NCBI RefSeq assembly: GCF_030684315.1
Contig: NC_081375.1
Location: forward strand, 37,757,828 to 37,821,827
DNA length: 64,000 nucleotides
Reading direction: 5' to 3'
DNA from: Stegostoma tigrinum
Lineage: Eukaryota
Below the pieces are notes generated by a model that did not search any database, was not told the origin of the DNA, and saw only the letters and a list, made by a program, of their open reading frames with translations. The translations under genes and the position numbers were made by a program. Below, piece after piece: positions 24,331 to 35,700 of the stretch (position 1 is the first letter of the stretch; each line of letters starts with the position of its first letter).

Positions 24331-24829
24331 GATATAAAAGGTTTCCCTTAGGCTTTTTGGTTTATGCTTTTGAACAAGTTAATTTGCTGCAAGCAAAGAG
24401 AAATCACCTGTGACGATCAGTCTCAAAGTAAGGACTCCAGGTATCAAAATACACAAACTGTGTATTTCAGGGAGCTGCTTTCGAATACAGCAGAGGAAAT
24501 TAATTTTAAGTGAAAATCAAGAAAGTTCACTGCGCTGAGTTTTAGGAAGGACAAAGCCCAATGACAAAGCAATCTGAACGCTGAGGGCTCAAAGATACCT
24601 GCAATGTTCACAGGTGCCATTGATCCAGGACATCCCTAACAAGCCACAGCCTCCGGAGAAAATGAGTAACTGTTTTCCCTGACAAAGTAACAAGCAATTT
24701 TCCAGGAAGTGACCTAAGGGACTAGGGACAAATGAGGAACCAAAGGAAATTTGTATTAGTACTAAGGCAGGACTTACACAGTTAATGCTAGGGCCCTGGG
24801 GATTGCTACCAAACAAAGACATAAAAAAG

Positions 24830-25455
24830 CTGCATGTGCATTAGTTCCTTGAAATGGCATCGCAGGCAGACAGAGCAGTGAAAGTAGCATTTGGCACACT
24901 CGCCTTCAGTTGCCAGTGCTTTGAACACAGGAGTTGTGTCATCATGCTGCAGCTGAACAAGACATTGGGGAGGCCAATTTTACAAAAGTGTACACAATTC
25001 TGGTTTCCCTGCTACAAGAAAGATGTTGTTAAACTTGAAAGGGTACAGAAAAGATTTAAAAGAAGTTGCTGTGATTGGAGGGTTTGAACTATAGGGAAGA
25101 GGCAAAATAGGTTGGAATTCCACCCCTCCCCGTAGTGTTGGGGCTGAGGGGTGACCTTAGAAGTTTATAAAATCACGAGGGGTGTGGAAATAATGAATAG
25201 CCAAGGTCTTTTTCTCAGGATAGGAGAATCCAAAACTAGAGGGTACAGGTTTAAGGTGAGAGGGGAAAAGATCCAAAACAGACCCGAGGGGCAACTTCTT
25301 CATGCAGGGGGTGGTGGTGCAGGCAGACACAATTACAACATTTAAAAGGCATCTGGATGGGTACGTGAGTAAGAAGGATTGAGGGATATGGCCAAATGGG
25401 AAATGAGAAAGTTGAAGATATCTGGTTGGTGCAGACAAGTTGGACTGAAGGGAAC
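24830..25455 (+). mobile_element. CR1 LINE 3' fragment
   Basis: ORF 24854-25087 (YKKDVVKLERVQKRF) and a CR1-like 3' region. Confidence 0.8.
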
Positions 25456-25810
25456 ATGCTTAAATATATTTTTAAAAGTTTCTAAGAATGGACAGTTGTA
25501 TATTAACGGTCTGATTGGAAAATGGTTTAACAAACTTGGAGTTTGAGGTTGTTGCGAATAAAATTGATAATGGGGAAGCTCGGTGCATACAGTATACTTT
25601 GTTTGCAGAAGTCTCTTGGTAAAGTTCCCCACAGAAGCTTGGTTAACAAAATTAAAACATATGGACAGGAGGTAATGTAGTGTAACGAGTTAAGGATGAG
25701 CTAACAGATAGAATGCTGTAAAACTAAAATGGGTCATTTTCTCATTGGCAAGCAACGATTACTGCAGTATTACAAGAATCAGACCTTGGGCCCAGCTGTT
25801 TACAATGTGT

Positions 25811-27316
25811 CAGAGATAATGGGAACTGCAGATGCTGGAGAATTCCAAGATAATAAAATGTGAGGCTGGATGAACACAGCAGGCCAAGCAGCATCTCAGG
25901 AGCACAAAAGCTGACGTTTTGGGCCTAGACCCTTCATCAGAGAGGGGGATGGGGAGAGGGAACTGGAATAAATAGGGAGAGAGGGGGAGGCGGACCGAAG
26001 ATGGAGAGTAAAGAAGATAGGTGGAGACAGTACAGGTGGGGAGGTAGGGAGGGGATAGGTCAGTCCAGGGAAGACGGACAGGTCAAGGAGGTGGGATGAG
26101 GTTAGTAGGTAGATGGGGGTGCGGCTTGGGGTGGGAGGAAGGGATGGGTGAGAGGAAGAACCAGTTAGGGAGGCAGAGACAGGTTGGACTGGTTTTGGGA
26201 TGCAGGGGGGGGGGGGGGGGGGGGGGGGGAAAGAAAGAGAGAGAAGAGAAGAGAAGAGAAGAGCTGGGCTGGTTGTGATTCCACCAACCTCCGGATACAA
26301 CGCATCATCCTCCGACACTTCCGCCATTTACAATCCGACCCCACCACCCAAGACATCTTTCCATCCCCACTCCTGTCTGCTTTCCGGAGAGACCACTCTC
26401 TCCGTGACTCCCTTGTTCGCTCCACACTGCCCTCCAACCCCACCACACCCGGCACCTTCCCCTGCAACCGCAGGAAATGCTACACTTGCCCCCACACCTC
26501 CCCCCTCACCCCTATCCCAGGCCCCAAGATGACATTCCACATTAAGCAGAGGTTCACCTGCACATCTGCCAATGTGGTATACTGCATCCACTGTACCCGG
26601 TGTGGCTTCCTCTACATTGGGGAAACCAAGCGGAGGCTTGGAGACCGCTTTGCAGAACACCTCCGCTCAGTTCGCAACAAACAACTGCACCTCCCAGTCG
26701 CAAATCATTTCCACTCCCCCTCCCATTCTTTAGATGACATGTCCATCATGGGCCTCCTGCACTGCCACAATGATGCCACCCGAAGGTTGCAGGAACAGCA
26801 ACTCATATTCCGCCAGGGAACCCTGCAGCCTAATGGTATCAATGTGGACTTCACCAGTTTCAAAATCTCCCCTTCCCCTACTGCATCCCTAAACCAGCCC
26901 AGTTCGTCCCCTCCCCCCACTGCACCACACAACCAGCCCAGCTCTTCCCCCCCACCCACTGCATCCCAAAACCAGTCCAACCTGTCTCTGCCTCCCTAAC
27001 CTGTTCTTCCTCTCACCCATCCCTTCCTCCCACCCCAAGCCGCACCCCCATCTACCTACTAACCTCATCCCACCTCCTTGACCTGTCCGTCTTCCCTGGA
27101 CTGACCTATCCCCTCCCTACCTCCCCACCTACACTCTCTCCACCTATCTTCTTTACTCTCCATCTTCGGTCTGCCTCCCCCTCTCTCCCTATTTATTCCA
27201 GTTCCCTCTCCCCATCACCCTCTCTGATGAAGGGTCTAGGCCTGAAACATCAGCTTTTGTGCTCCTGAGATGCTGCTTGGCCTGCTGTGTTCATCCAGCC
27301 TCACATTTTATTATCT
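25811..27316 (+). mobile_element. Penelope-like element copy 2: inverted 3' arm (25811-26278, minus) fused to direct arm (26281-27316)
   Basis: GIY-YIG ORF nearly identical to copy 1. The left arm is the reverse complement of the 3' end. 14-bp TSD TGTTTACAATGTGT at 25797-25810 and 27317-27330. It interrupts an older LINE RT fragment. Confidence 0.93.
26205..26262 (+). repeat. Poly-G run followed by (GAGAA)n microsatellite
   Basis: About 25 G then aaagaaagagaga(gaaga)n, inside the inverted PLE arm. Confidence 0.9.
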
Positions 27317-28967
27317 TGTTTACAATGTGTGTTTGGTTGGAAGGTGCACAAATATAAAAAGTGAGTTAGGTTACTTTAAGTCCCTGAAAGATGACATGCA
27401 GGTGTAGCTTTCCTAATGTCCTGCTATCAGTATGTTAGCCTTTAGCAAGAGTACAGGAGCAGCACAGTCTTGTGTCTGTTGTATGGGAGCTTGATTAGCA
27501 TCTGGGAGTACTGCATGCAGTTGTAATTCCCTTACCTTAGGATGGCTATTAATTGCTGGAGAAAAAAATGCAACAGAGGTTCACCAGACATTTGGCATGG
27601 TGGCTTTAACTTATGAGACTGAGCAAATGGGGACTGTATTTTCTAGAATTTCAGAGTATGAGGGGTAACCACATTAAAACCTACAAAATACCTCAGAGAT
27701 AGATAGAGCAGTTACAGGTGAGATGTTTCCAATGGTTGGAGAATTTAAAATCAGAGACAGACAATTTCAAATTAAGTGAAGCCACTTGGGACTGACAGAA
27801 GAATTTTTCTACTCGCAAGTTGAGAATCTCAAATCTTATCAGGAACTCTGCCATTGAGTATGTTTAAGAGTGAACCTATTTCTTAACATCAATACCATAA
27901 CAAATACCAAGAATAGTGAGGAGAAAGACACAGAAGAAGTGGGTGAACAGCCATTACTGTACTAATTTATACTCATTGAGGCTAAACACCCAATTGCTTT
28001 CTCCATGTTCCTAATTCAAGGACAAGCCAAGGACATATTCTTTTACCTTCCTTTTTACAATGGAGACTATCCTCTAACTTTGTGCCCGTGTCAGTGTCTG
28101 CTTGATGTTGCATCTTTATTATTTTTCTTGTTGTTAATGATAACTTAATTAATTTTCTTTTCACGAGAAACTTTTGTAATTGGCTCCTTTATTCAGTTAG
28201 TGTTGGAGCCTTCAGTGACCATTGCAATTAAAGGATTCCTTCATTTATCTGCAAACTTCCAACATTCTGAAGTTGTAGTCAGTTTCAGAGGAATAATTAT
28301 GGTTGACTTGATAATTCACTATCAACACTGTCCCCTTTGGCTCAAAAATCCACTGCAAAATGAGATTCCTCCTCAATAAGGAACTGTTCAATACTTTGGC
28401 CAGATATATATTTTCACATTACATTGCAAAAGCCTGAAATGTGGTTCCAGGCAGTTAACAGAAAAGAACTGTTGTAGAACATGCTTCTTTAGTCTACTGT
28501 TTTCCCCTCAAGTAAAAGACATGAAGTTGCTTTACGAGCGTTCAGAAGATTGCACCTACTTGAGCAACTTTGTCATGAAAGCCTTCAGGCTTGGAGGACG
28601 CATTCCAAACAATATGCACGTTAGTACAATAAATCTACATTCAGCTAGCTACAACTGAAAATAATTTTAACTGTGCTCAGCAATTTAAAAAAAAATTTAG
28701 TACAGTGCTGGCTGTGCTTGTATCCAAGACTTCACAGGAAAGCCCCCTTGATTATTCATGTCAATTTGTTCAACTTGGGTAACTGCCTATTAACGGGGGG
28801 CTCAATCACCCTTGTTTGCAGCTGGCAAGCAATTTCAAAACAGTGCTAGAAATCCAGGACGAGGTTATCCAGCAGCGTAGGAAAAGATAGTGCAAAAGGT
28901 GTAGCACGGGAGAAAAGTCTTTGGACGATCAGCAAAAACAAACTGTTTGTCTACAGTATGGGGAAGA

Positions 28968-29050
28968 TGACAGCACAGTGGTAATATCACCAGACTAGTA
29001 ATCACTGGCTAATGCTCTGGGCTCAGGGGTTCAAATTCCACTTGCTGTTG
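28968..29050 (+). mobile_element. tRNA-derived SINE head (related pieces at ~5950-6090 plus and ~42860-43060 minus)
   Basis: GCACAGTGGTAAT (A-box-like) ... GGTTCAAATTCC (B-box-like), without a complete cloverleaf. Confidence 0.5.
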
Positions 29051-29679
29051 TTATTTATTATCTGTCATTTTTAATCACCTCCACCATTGGGTGAAATGTC
29101 ACAAGTACGGTTTGTAATAGGTTCTGCTGATAGTAATCCCATAATACCAGAGGAGTCACAGTAGTGTTATAGTGCAGAAGGAAGCCAGGTAGCCCACTGT
29201 GACTTCGTACACCCCCGTAATCAGCATTGTGACTTAGTGCCATACCCTCGCACATTGTTTCAATTGAAACAATAGCCTTTTACCCTCATACATGGTTAAA
29301 AGAATCTGCCACCATCACACTTCCAGGCAGTGCATTCCAGAACCAAAAATCACATGCTGAACCAGAACTGCACAGTGGTGATACTGAGCACGGAGTGGGA
29401 AGTGAAATGAAATAAGGAGTGTGATTAAGCAGCATAAATGTGCAAGAACAACAGAGAAATCAGAACTCAAAAACAGTACCACAATTCATCATCATAGCTT
29501 TGGGTAAGTTTTGGTTGACCACTTCCTCTGAATAGTTCTATCAGAAGTCTACTTATAATGAGGGGTAATCCCTCAAAATAGGCCTTTTTGGGAAGAGTGA
29601 ACTGGTGCAACTGCTGATGTCAAAATAATAGAAAACAATAGATGCAAAGGTTAAAAAAGCTAACTAAGTCTGTGCATTG

Positions 29680-32317
29680 ATAATGGGAACTGCAGATGCG
29701 GGAGAATACAAGATAACAAAGTGTGGAGCTGCATGAACACAGCAGGCCAAGCGGCATCTCAGGAGCACAAAAGCTGACGTTTCGGGCCTTGACCCTTCAG
29801 AGAGGGGTATGGGGAGAGGGAACTGGAATAAATAGGGAGAGAGGGGGAGGCGGACCGAAGATGGAGAGTAAAGAAGATAGGTGGAGAGGAGAGTATAGGT
29901 GAGGAGGTAGGGAGGGGATAGGTCAGTAGGGAAGATGGACAGGTCAAGGAGGCAGGATGAGGTGGTAGGTAGGAAATTGAGGTGCGGCTTGAGGTGGGAG
30001 GAAGGGATGGGCGAGAGGAAGAACAGGTTAGGGAAGCAGAGACAGGCTGGGCTGGTTTTGGGATGCAGTGGGGGAAGGGGAGATTTTGAAACTGGTGAAG
30101 TCCACATTGATACCATTGGGCTGCAGGGTTCCTAAGCGGAATATGAGTTGCTGTTCCTGCAACCTTTGGGTGGCATCACTGTGGCACTGCAGGGGGCCCA
30201 GGATGGACATGTCGCCTGAGGAATGGGAGGGGGAGTTGAAATGGCTCGTGACTGGGAGGTGCAGTTGTTTGTTGTGAACCGAGCGGAGGTGTTCTGCAAA
30301 GCGGTCCCCAAGCCTCCGCTTGTTTTCCCCAATGTAGAGGAAGCCACACCGGGTGCAATGGATACAATATACCACATTGGCAGATGTGCAGGTGAACACC
30401 TGCTTGATATGGAAGATCATCTTGGGGCGGTCCCATAATCCACAAACCTGCCTGCCCTGGTCGACCCATTGTCTCAGCCTGTTCCTGCCCCACCGAACTC
30501 ATCTCCACCTATCTGGACTCCATTTTCTCCCCTTTGGTCCAGGAGCTCCCCACCTATATCCGTGACACCACCCATGCCCTCCACCTCCTCCAGGACTTCC
30601 AATTCCCTGGTCCCCAACACTTCATTTTCATAATGGATGTCCAGTCCCTATACACCTGTATTCCTCATGCAGATGGCCTCAAGGCCCTCCACTTCTTCCT
30701 GTCCCGCAGGCCCGACCAATCCCCCTTCACCGACACCCTCATCCACCTAGTCGAACTCGTCCTCACCCTCAAAAACTTCTCTTTCGATTCCTCCCACTTC
30801 CTACAGACAAAGGGGGTGGCCATGGGCACCCAGCTATGCCTGCTTCCTTGTAGGTTACGTGGAACAGTCCCTCTTCCGCACCTACACAGGCCTCAAACCC
30901 CAGCTCTTCGTCCGTTACATTGATGACTGTATCGGCGCCGCCTCTTGCTCCCCAGAGTAGCTCAAACAGTTCATCCACTTTACCAACACCTTCCACCCCA
31001 ACCTCAAGTTCACCTGGGCCATCTCCAACACATCCCTCACCTTCCTGGACCTCTCAGTCTCCAGCTCAGGTAACCAGCTAGAAACTGATGTCCATTTCAA
31101 GTCCACTGACTCCCACAGCTACCTAGAATACACCTCCTCCCACCCACCCTCCTGCACAAATTCCATCCCCTATTCCCAATTCATCCGCCGCATCTGCTCC
31201 CAGGATGAGGCATTCCACTCCCGCACATCCCAGATGTCCAAATTCTTCAAGGACCGCAACTTTCCCCCTGCAGTGGCCGAGAACGGCCTTTACCGCATCT
31301 CCCGCAACACATCCCTCACACCCCGCCCCCGCCACAACCGCCCCCAGAGGATCCCCCTCGTTCTCACATACCACCCCACCAACCTCCGGATACAACGCAT
31401 CATCCTCCGACACTTCCGCCATCTACAACCCAACCCCACCACCCAAGCTATTTTTCCATCCCCACCCTTGTCTGCCTTCCGGAGAGACCACTCTCTCCGC
31501 GACTCCCTTGTCCGCTCCACACTCCCCTCCGACCCCACCATGCCCGGCACCTTCCCCTGCAACCGCAGGAAATGCTACACTTGCCCCCACACCCCCTCCC
31601 TCACCCCTATCCCAGGCCCCAAGATGACCTTCCATATCAAGCAGATGTTCACCTGCACATCTGCCAATGTGGTATATTGTATCCATTGCACCCGGTGTGG
31701 CTTCCTCTACATTGGGGAAACCAAGCGGAGGCTTTGCTTTGCAGAACACCTCTGCTCGGTTCACAATAAACAACTGCACCTCCCAGTCGCAAACGATTTC
31801 AACTCCCCCTCCCATTCCTCAGGCGACATGTCCATCATGGGCCCCCTGCACTGCCACAATGATGCCACCCAAAGGTTGCAGGAACAGCAACTCATTCTGC
31901 TTAGGAACCCTGCAGCCCAATGCAGCACAAGCTTCAAAATCTCCCCTCCCCCCACTGCATCCCAAAAGCAGCCCAGTCTGTCTCTGCTTCCCCAACCTGT
32001 TCTTCATCTCACCCATCCCTTCCTCCCACCTCAACCCGCACCTCCATTTCCTACCCACCACCTCATCCCACCTCCTTGACCTGTCCATCTTCCCTACTGA
32101 CTTATCCCCTCCCTACCTCCTCACCTATACTCTCCTCTCCACCTATCTTGTTTTCTCTCCATCTTCGGTCCGCCTCCCCCTCTCTCCCTATTTATTCCAG
32201 AACCCTCACCCCATCCCCTTCTCTGATGAAGGGTCTAGGACCGAAACTTCAGCTTTTGTGCTCCTGAGATGCTGCTTGGCCTGCTATGTTCATCCAGCTC
32301 CACACTTTGTTATCTTG
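29680..32317 (+). mobile_element. Penelope-like element copy 3: inverted arm (29680-30428, minus) plus direct arm (30431-32317)
   Basis: RT and GIY-YIG remnants with stops and deletions; the inverted arm encodes the GIY-YIG domain (ORF 30028-30420). 14-bp TSD AAGTCTGTGCATTG at 29666-29679 and 32318-32331. Confidence 0.93.
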
Positions 32318-32582
32318 AAGTCTGTGCATTGTTTACTTGAACAAAACATACTAAGTGGCATATTTTGAGTAATAGTGATTGCAGGCTGTTGGTTCTTAGG
32401 TCATTATGATGCTCCAGTCCTCAGATGTAGACTTAAACTATTTGTTGACATTTTAGGATTATTCTGTATGGAATGCCCAATTAATACAACCAAGTTTTAT
32501 AAATTTGTATAAAACAATAAAAGTGTAAAGACTAGTCAATACTAAACTGATAAAAAAAAAATCAGCTTTATAGTAATCTTAC

Positions 32583-32736
32583 CTTTAATAACTCCAAATC
32601 CAGTTTTAGTCTTTGGTTGTCAGATGCTAAATCTCTGTTTCTGTGCTCTGCCTGCTCCAACTGTGCTTCCAACTCAGCCTCAAGCTCCCTGCTTCCCTCC
32701 TGGAATTCTTCTAGTTCTTCACGTGTTTCCAAAAAA
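32583..32736 (-). CDS. NDEL1: NDEL1 coding exon 2 (coiled coil)
   Basis: (S)[51 protein letters not shown]; ttcag| ... AAG|gtaaga; 154 nt. Confidence 0.97.
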
Positions 32737-35700
32737 CTGAACAAGATTTTGACAGAGGTCAAAGATTTATTGTTAAAAATAACATTGAATGCAATGGAAA
32801 GATTGCACAAAAGTAGCAGACTAGACAAATACATTTTTGGGCACCTAGAGAAACCCACACTCTGTTGCTGATCAAGTCATCATGCTGTCAGTTTAGGCGT
32901 AATTTCCAGACTCTGTGCAAGTCACACCAGCAAGGATAAAAGTTGAGCTGACCTTGCGCAGGATGTACTGCAGCAATTTGACAAGGTTTCTTCAAACCAA
33001 CAACATCATCTCCCACCTAGACAGACAAGAGTAGCAGCCAAATGAGAGGACCAATACAGACAAGATTATAGCCAATTGACATGCCATCCTGCCCTGGAAC
33101 TATATTGTTTCTTCACTGTACCTGGGTTGAAATCCTGAAGTGCTCTCCCTGACAAAAGAGTATGTATGTGTGTAGACCAGAGGTACAGCAATTTAATGTG
33201 GCAAATCACCATTATCTCAAGGGCAATTGACAGCAACTTTCAAATACTTTTAACTTTTGTTCTTAAAAACTCCTCTCAGGTATGGAGCGGAAGAGAAACA
33301 AGAAGGAATTATGATTTCTAATGCTATGAAGTACAAATTCACGCAAGTGTTGTTTTGCAGCAAATTCTACTCAGTTTAATTAAAGTTGTTTACACTTTGC
33401 ATCTGAGCTCTGTCAGGAGAAAGAGGGATTCATTTAACCAGGGTTCACGAAACCAGGGGCTCAAGGAAATCAACTCAGTCAGGGCAATGTTTTCACATGA
33501 ACCTTCTGCACATTTCAGTCACTTACATTAGTTTACAGTGTAATCATGCCCTTCCAGACTGAGATGGATACAATGTCAACTGCTTTTTTGTGTGAAATAA
33601 TGCATTTTATTTTCTCTTCCTGATGTTTTACTCACAACTGGTGAAATGAATGACTGAATCGTATTTTTCTTTGACTAAGTTTGACTTCAGTTGAGTGTTT
33701 ATCACTGCAAGGTCCAGCAGGTTTTCTTGCTCAGTCATATCAAACTGATTTCATTACTTACTTACGACTGCCCTAGAGCATTTCTCAATCAATCAATCTG
33801 AACAGCTCCCACAACAGTTTGCCAATAAGCAAAAATCTGAATTTGACGGCATTCTTTGCACTGGTGCCATCTATAGAAGCCCATGGTACAACCTGGCAAG
33901 CACCGTCAGTCCAGAGCTGTCCTGCAGTTTCTAACATTAGCCATAGACAAGGCTCACAGCAGGAATTTAAAAAAAAAGGTATTCCACTTGGAGGGTAGGG
34001 TGCTGGAAATCCTGTTGGGACAGGGTAGTGTCACACAGAACTTTCTCCTACAATCAGGACCAGCAGTGGAGGCCACAACTCTAGACCATACCAGCCTTTT
34101 CCAAGGTTATCAATCCAGTTAAAGCAGTCGTATCCATCTGGAGGAATGCCCAACATTGTCCAAAAGGAGGTCAATGTCAATACCAATACCACCATCTTCT
34201 AATACGTCATTATCTCTGCTGCAGCAGCCAACTCTCACCATGACTCATGCTCTACTATTCCCACTAATGCCTGCACCATCTTTCCCCAGCAACCCAAACC
34301 CCCATTAACTCTGAATCAAGGAATCAAGGGCTACGGGTAGAGTGCAGGGAAGTGGTGTTGAAATGCCCATCAGCCATGATTTAAAATGGCGGAGTGGACT
34401 TGATGGGCCGAATGGCCTTACTTCCACTCCTATGTCTTATGGTCTTATGAATCCACTCTCACTCCCCAGCCGCATCACTGATTTTCATTTCCCATAATAC
34501 CAGCCTCCCTCACATTCCAGAAGGAAAACAGTCCTGAATAGGACAGAAAGTATCAAGACAGGTGGTATGTTGCCTGTTATTCAGCTCCTCACCCCTTATG
34601 AAAGAAAGGATTCAGACTGTGACTACCCCACCAAACAGCCTAGACTGGTATCAAAGGCCTGCCCTTGATTTACTGGGCCAGTTGCCCCTAAGCAAAGAGC
34701 ATCCCACTTGACTTGATAAAGACCTCCCAAAAACTCCAGCAAGTTTTCTGGCTTTGTGTCTGTGCCAAGCAGTAAAGCAAAGTAGCAGTATCACAAGCCT
34801 GGTATTTCCGACAGAGGGCAAAGCACAAAAAGGTAAGACAAGATAATGAAAGGCATGAATGCTGCGAACATCTAGGTAGGCACTGAGCAAGTGAGCTAAC
34901 TGAAGATCTGGAGACAGCCTGGTCTAGTCCATGGGCTGTGCATGTGTCCAATTCACAGTATCCTCGCAGCAGCCTGTGATACAGCATAAAAGTAAGAAAT
35001 TGCGTTAAGTGAAATGGAGAGGGTTCCTGGATGGTGATACTATTGGATGCCAATGACTATATATGTAACATGAATGTGGTTGTTACCCAAGTTCCAACAT
35101 GGTTGTTCAGAGCAGGCAGTTAGCTGAATCCACCAGGTACCCCGCTCTAGCTTCCACGTCAAGCTTTTTCCTGACGTCTTGCTTGTTTTGAGAGCACGGT
35201 TAAATGGGAATCTGAATATTGATGAGGTGAGTTTATCAATAACAAATCATCAATTGACATCTTGCCGCTGCCTAGCAAGAATCTTGCCACATTATTTGAG
35301 AAGAGATGGAGTGAGATGATCTCACCCTCGAGATGAGCCTTGCCACACTTGTCATCTGACTTTGCCCCACATCTTGCTCGTGTTGTTCATACCCTAAAAA
35401 GATTCCAACCAAAAAGTGTTCACTGAAAGTACAGGAATGTGATATACAAGCCAAGAGGTTCTCCAGTTTAGTCAACAGTCCAGGAACTAGGCATTCTCAG
35501 CTGAAATACAGATACTGAAACAATTTTAGTATCTCCAAATTTGAGATGGAATGAAGAGACAGAATTCCCATTTCACAATGCTATGCGTCGAGTTGTGCTA
35601 GAATGAAAGTACATGCTCGAGTTGTCAGGTACCGAGAAACTAACAATCATTCACAAGTAAGTTTCACACAACTCATTTCCATTGTGCTTCTGAAGACAGA

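Noticed and set aside
28968-29050. tRNA gene
   Set aside because: A/B-box-like motifs are present but no cloverleaf; it is a SINE head.
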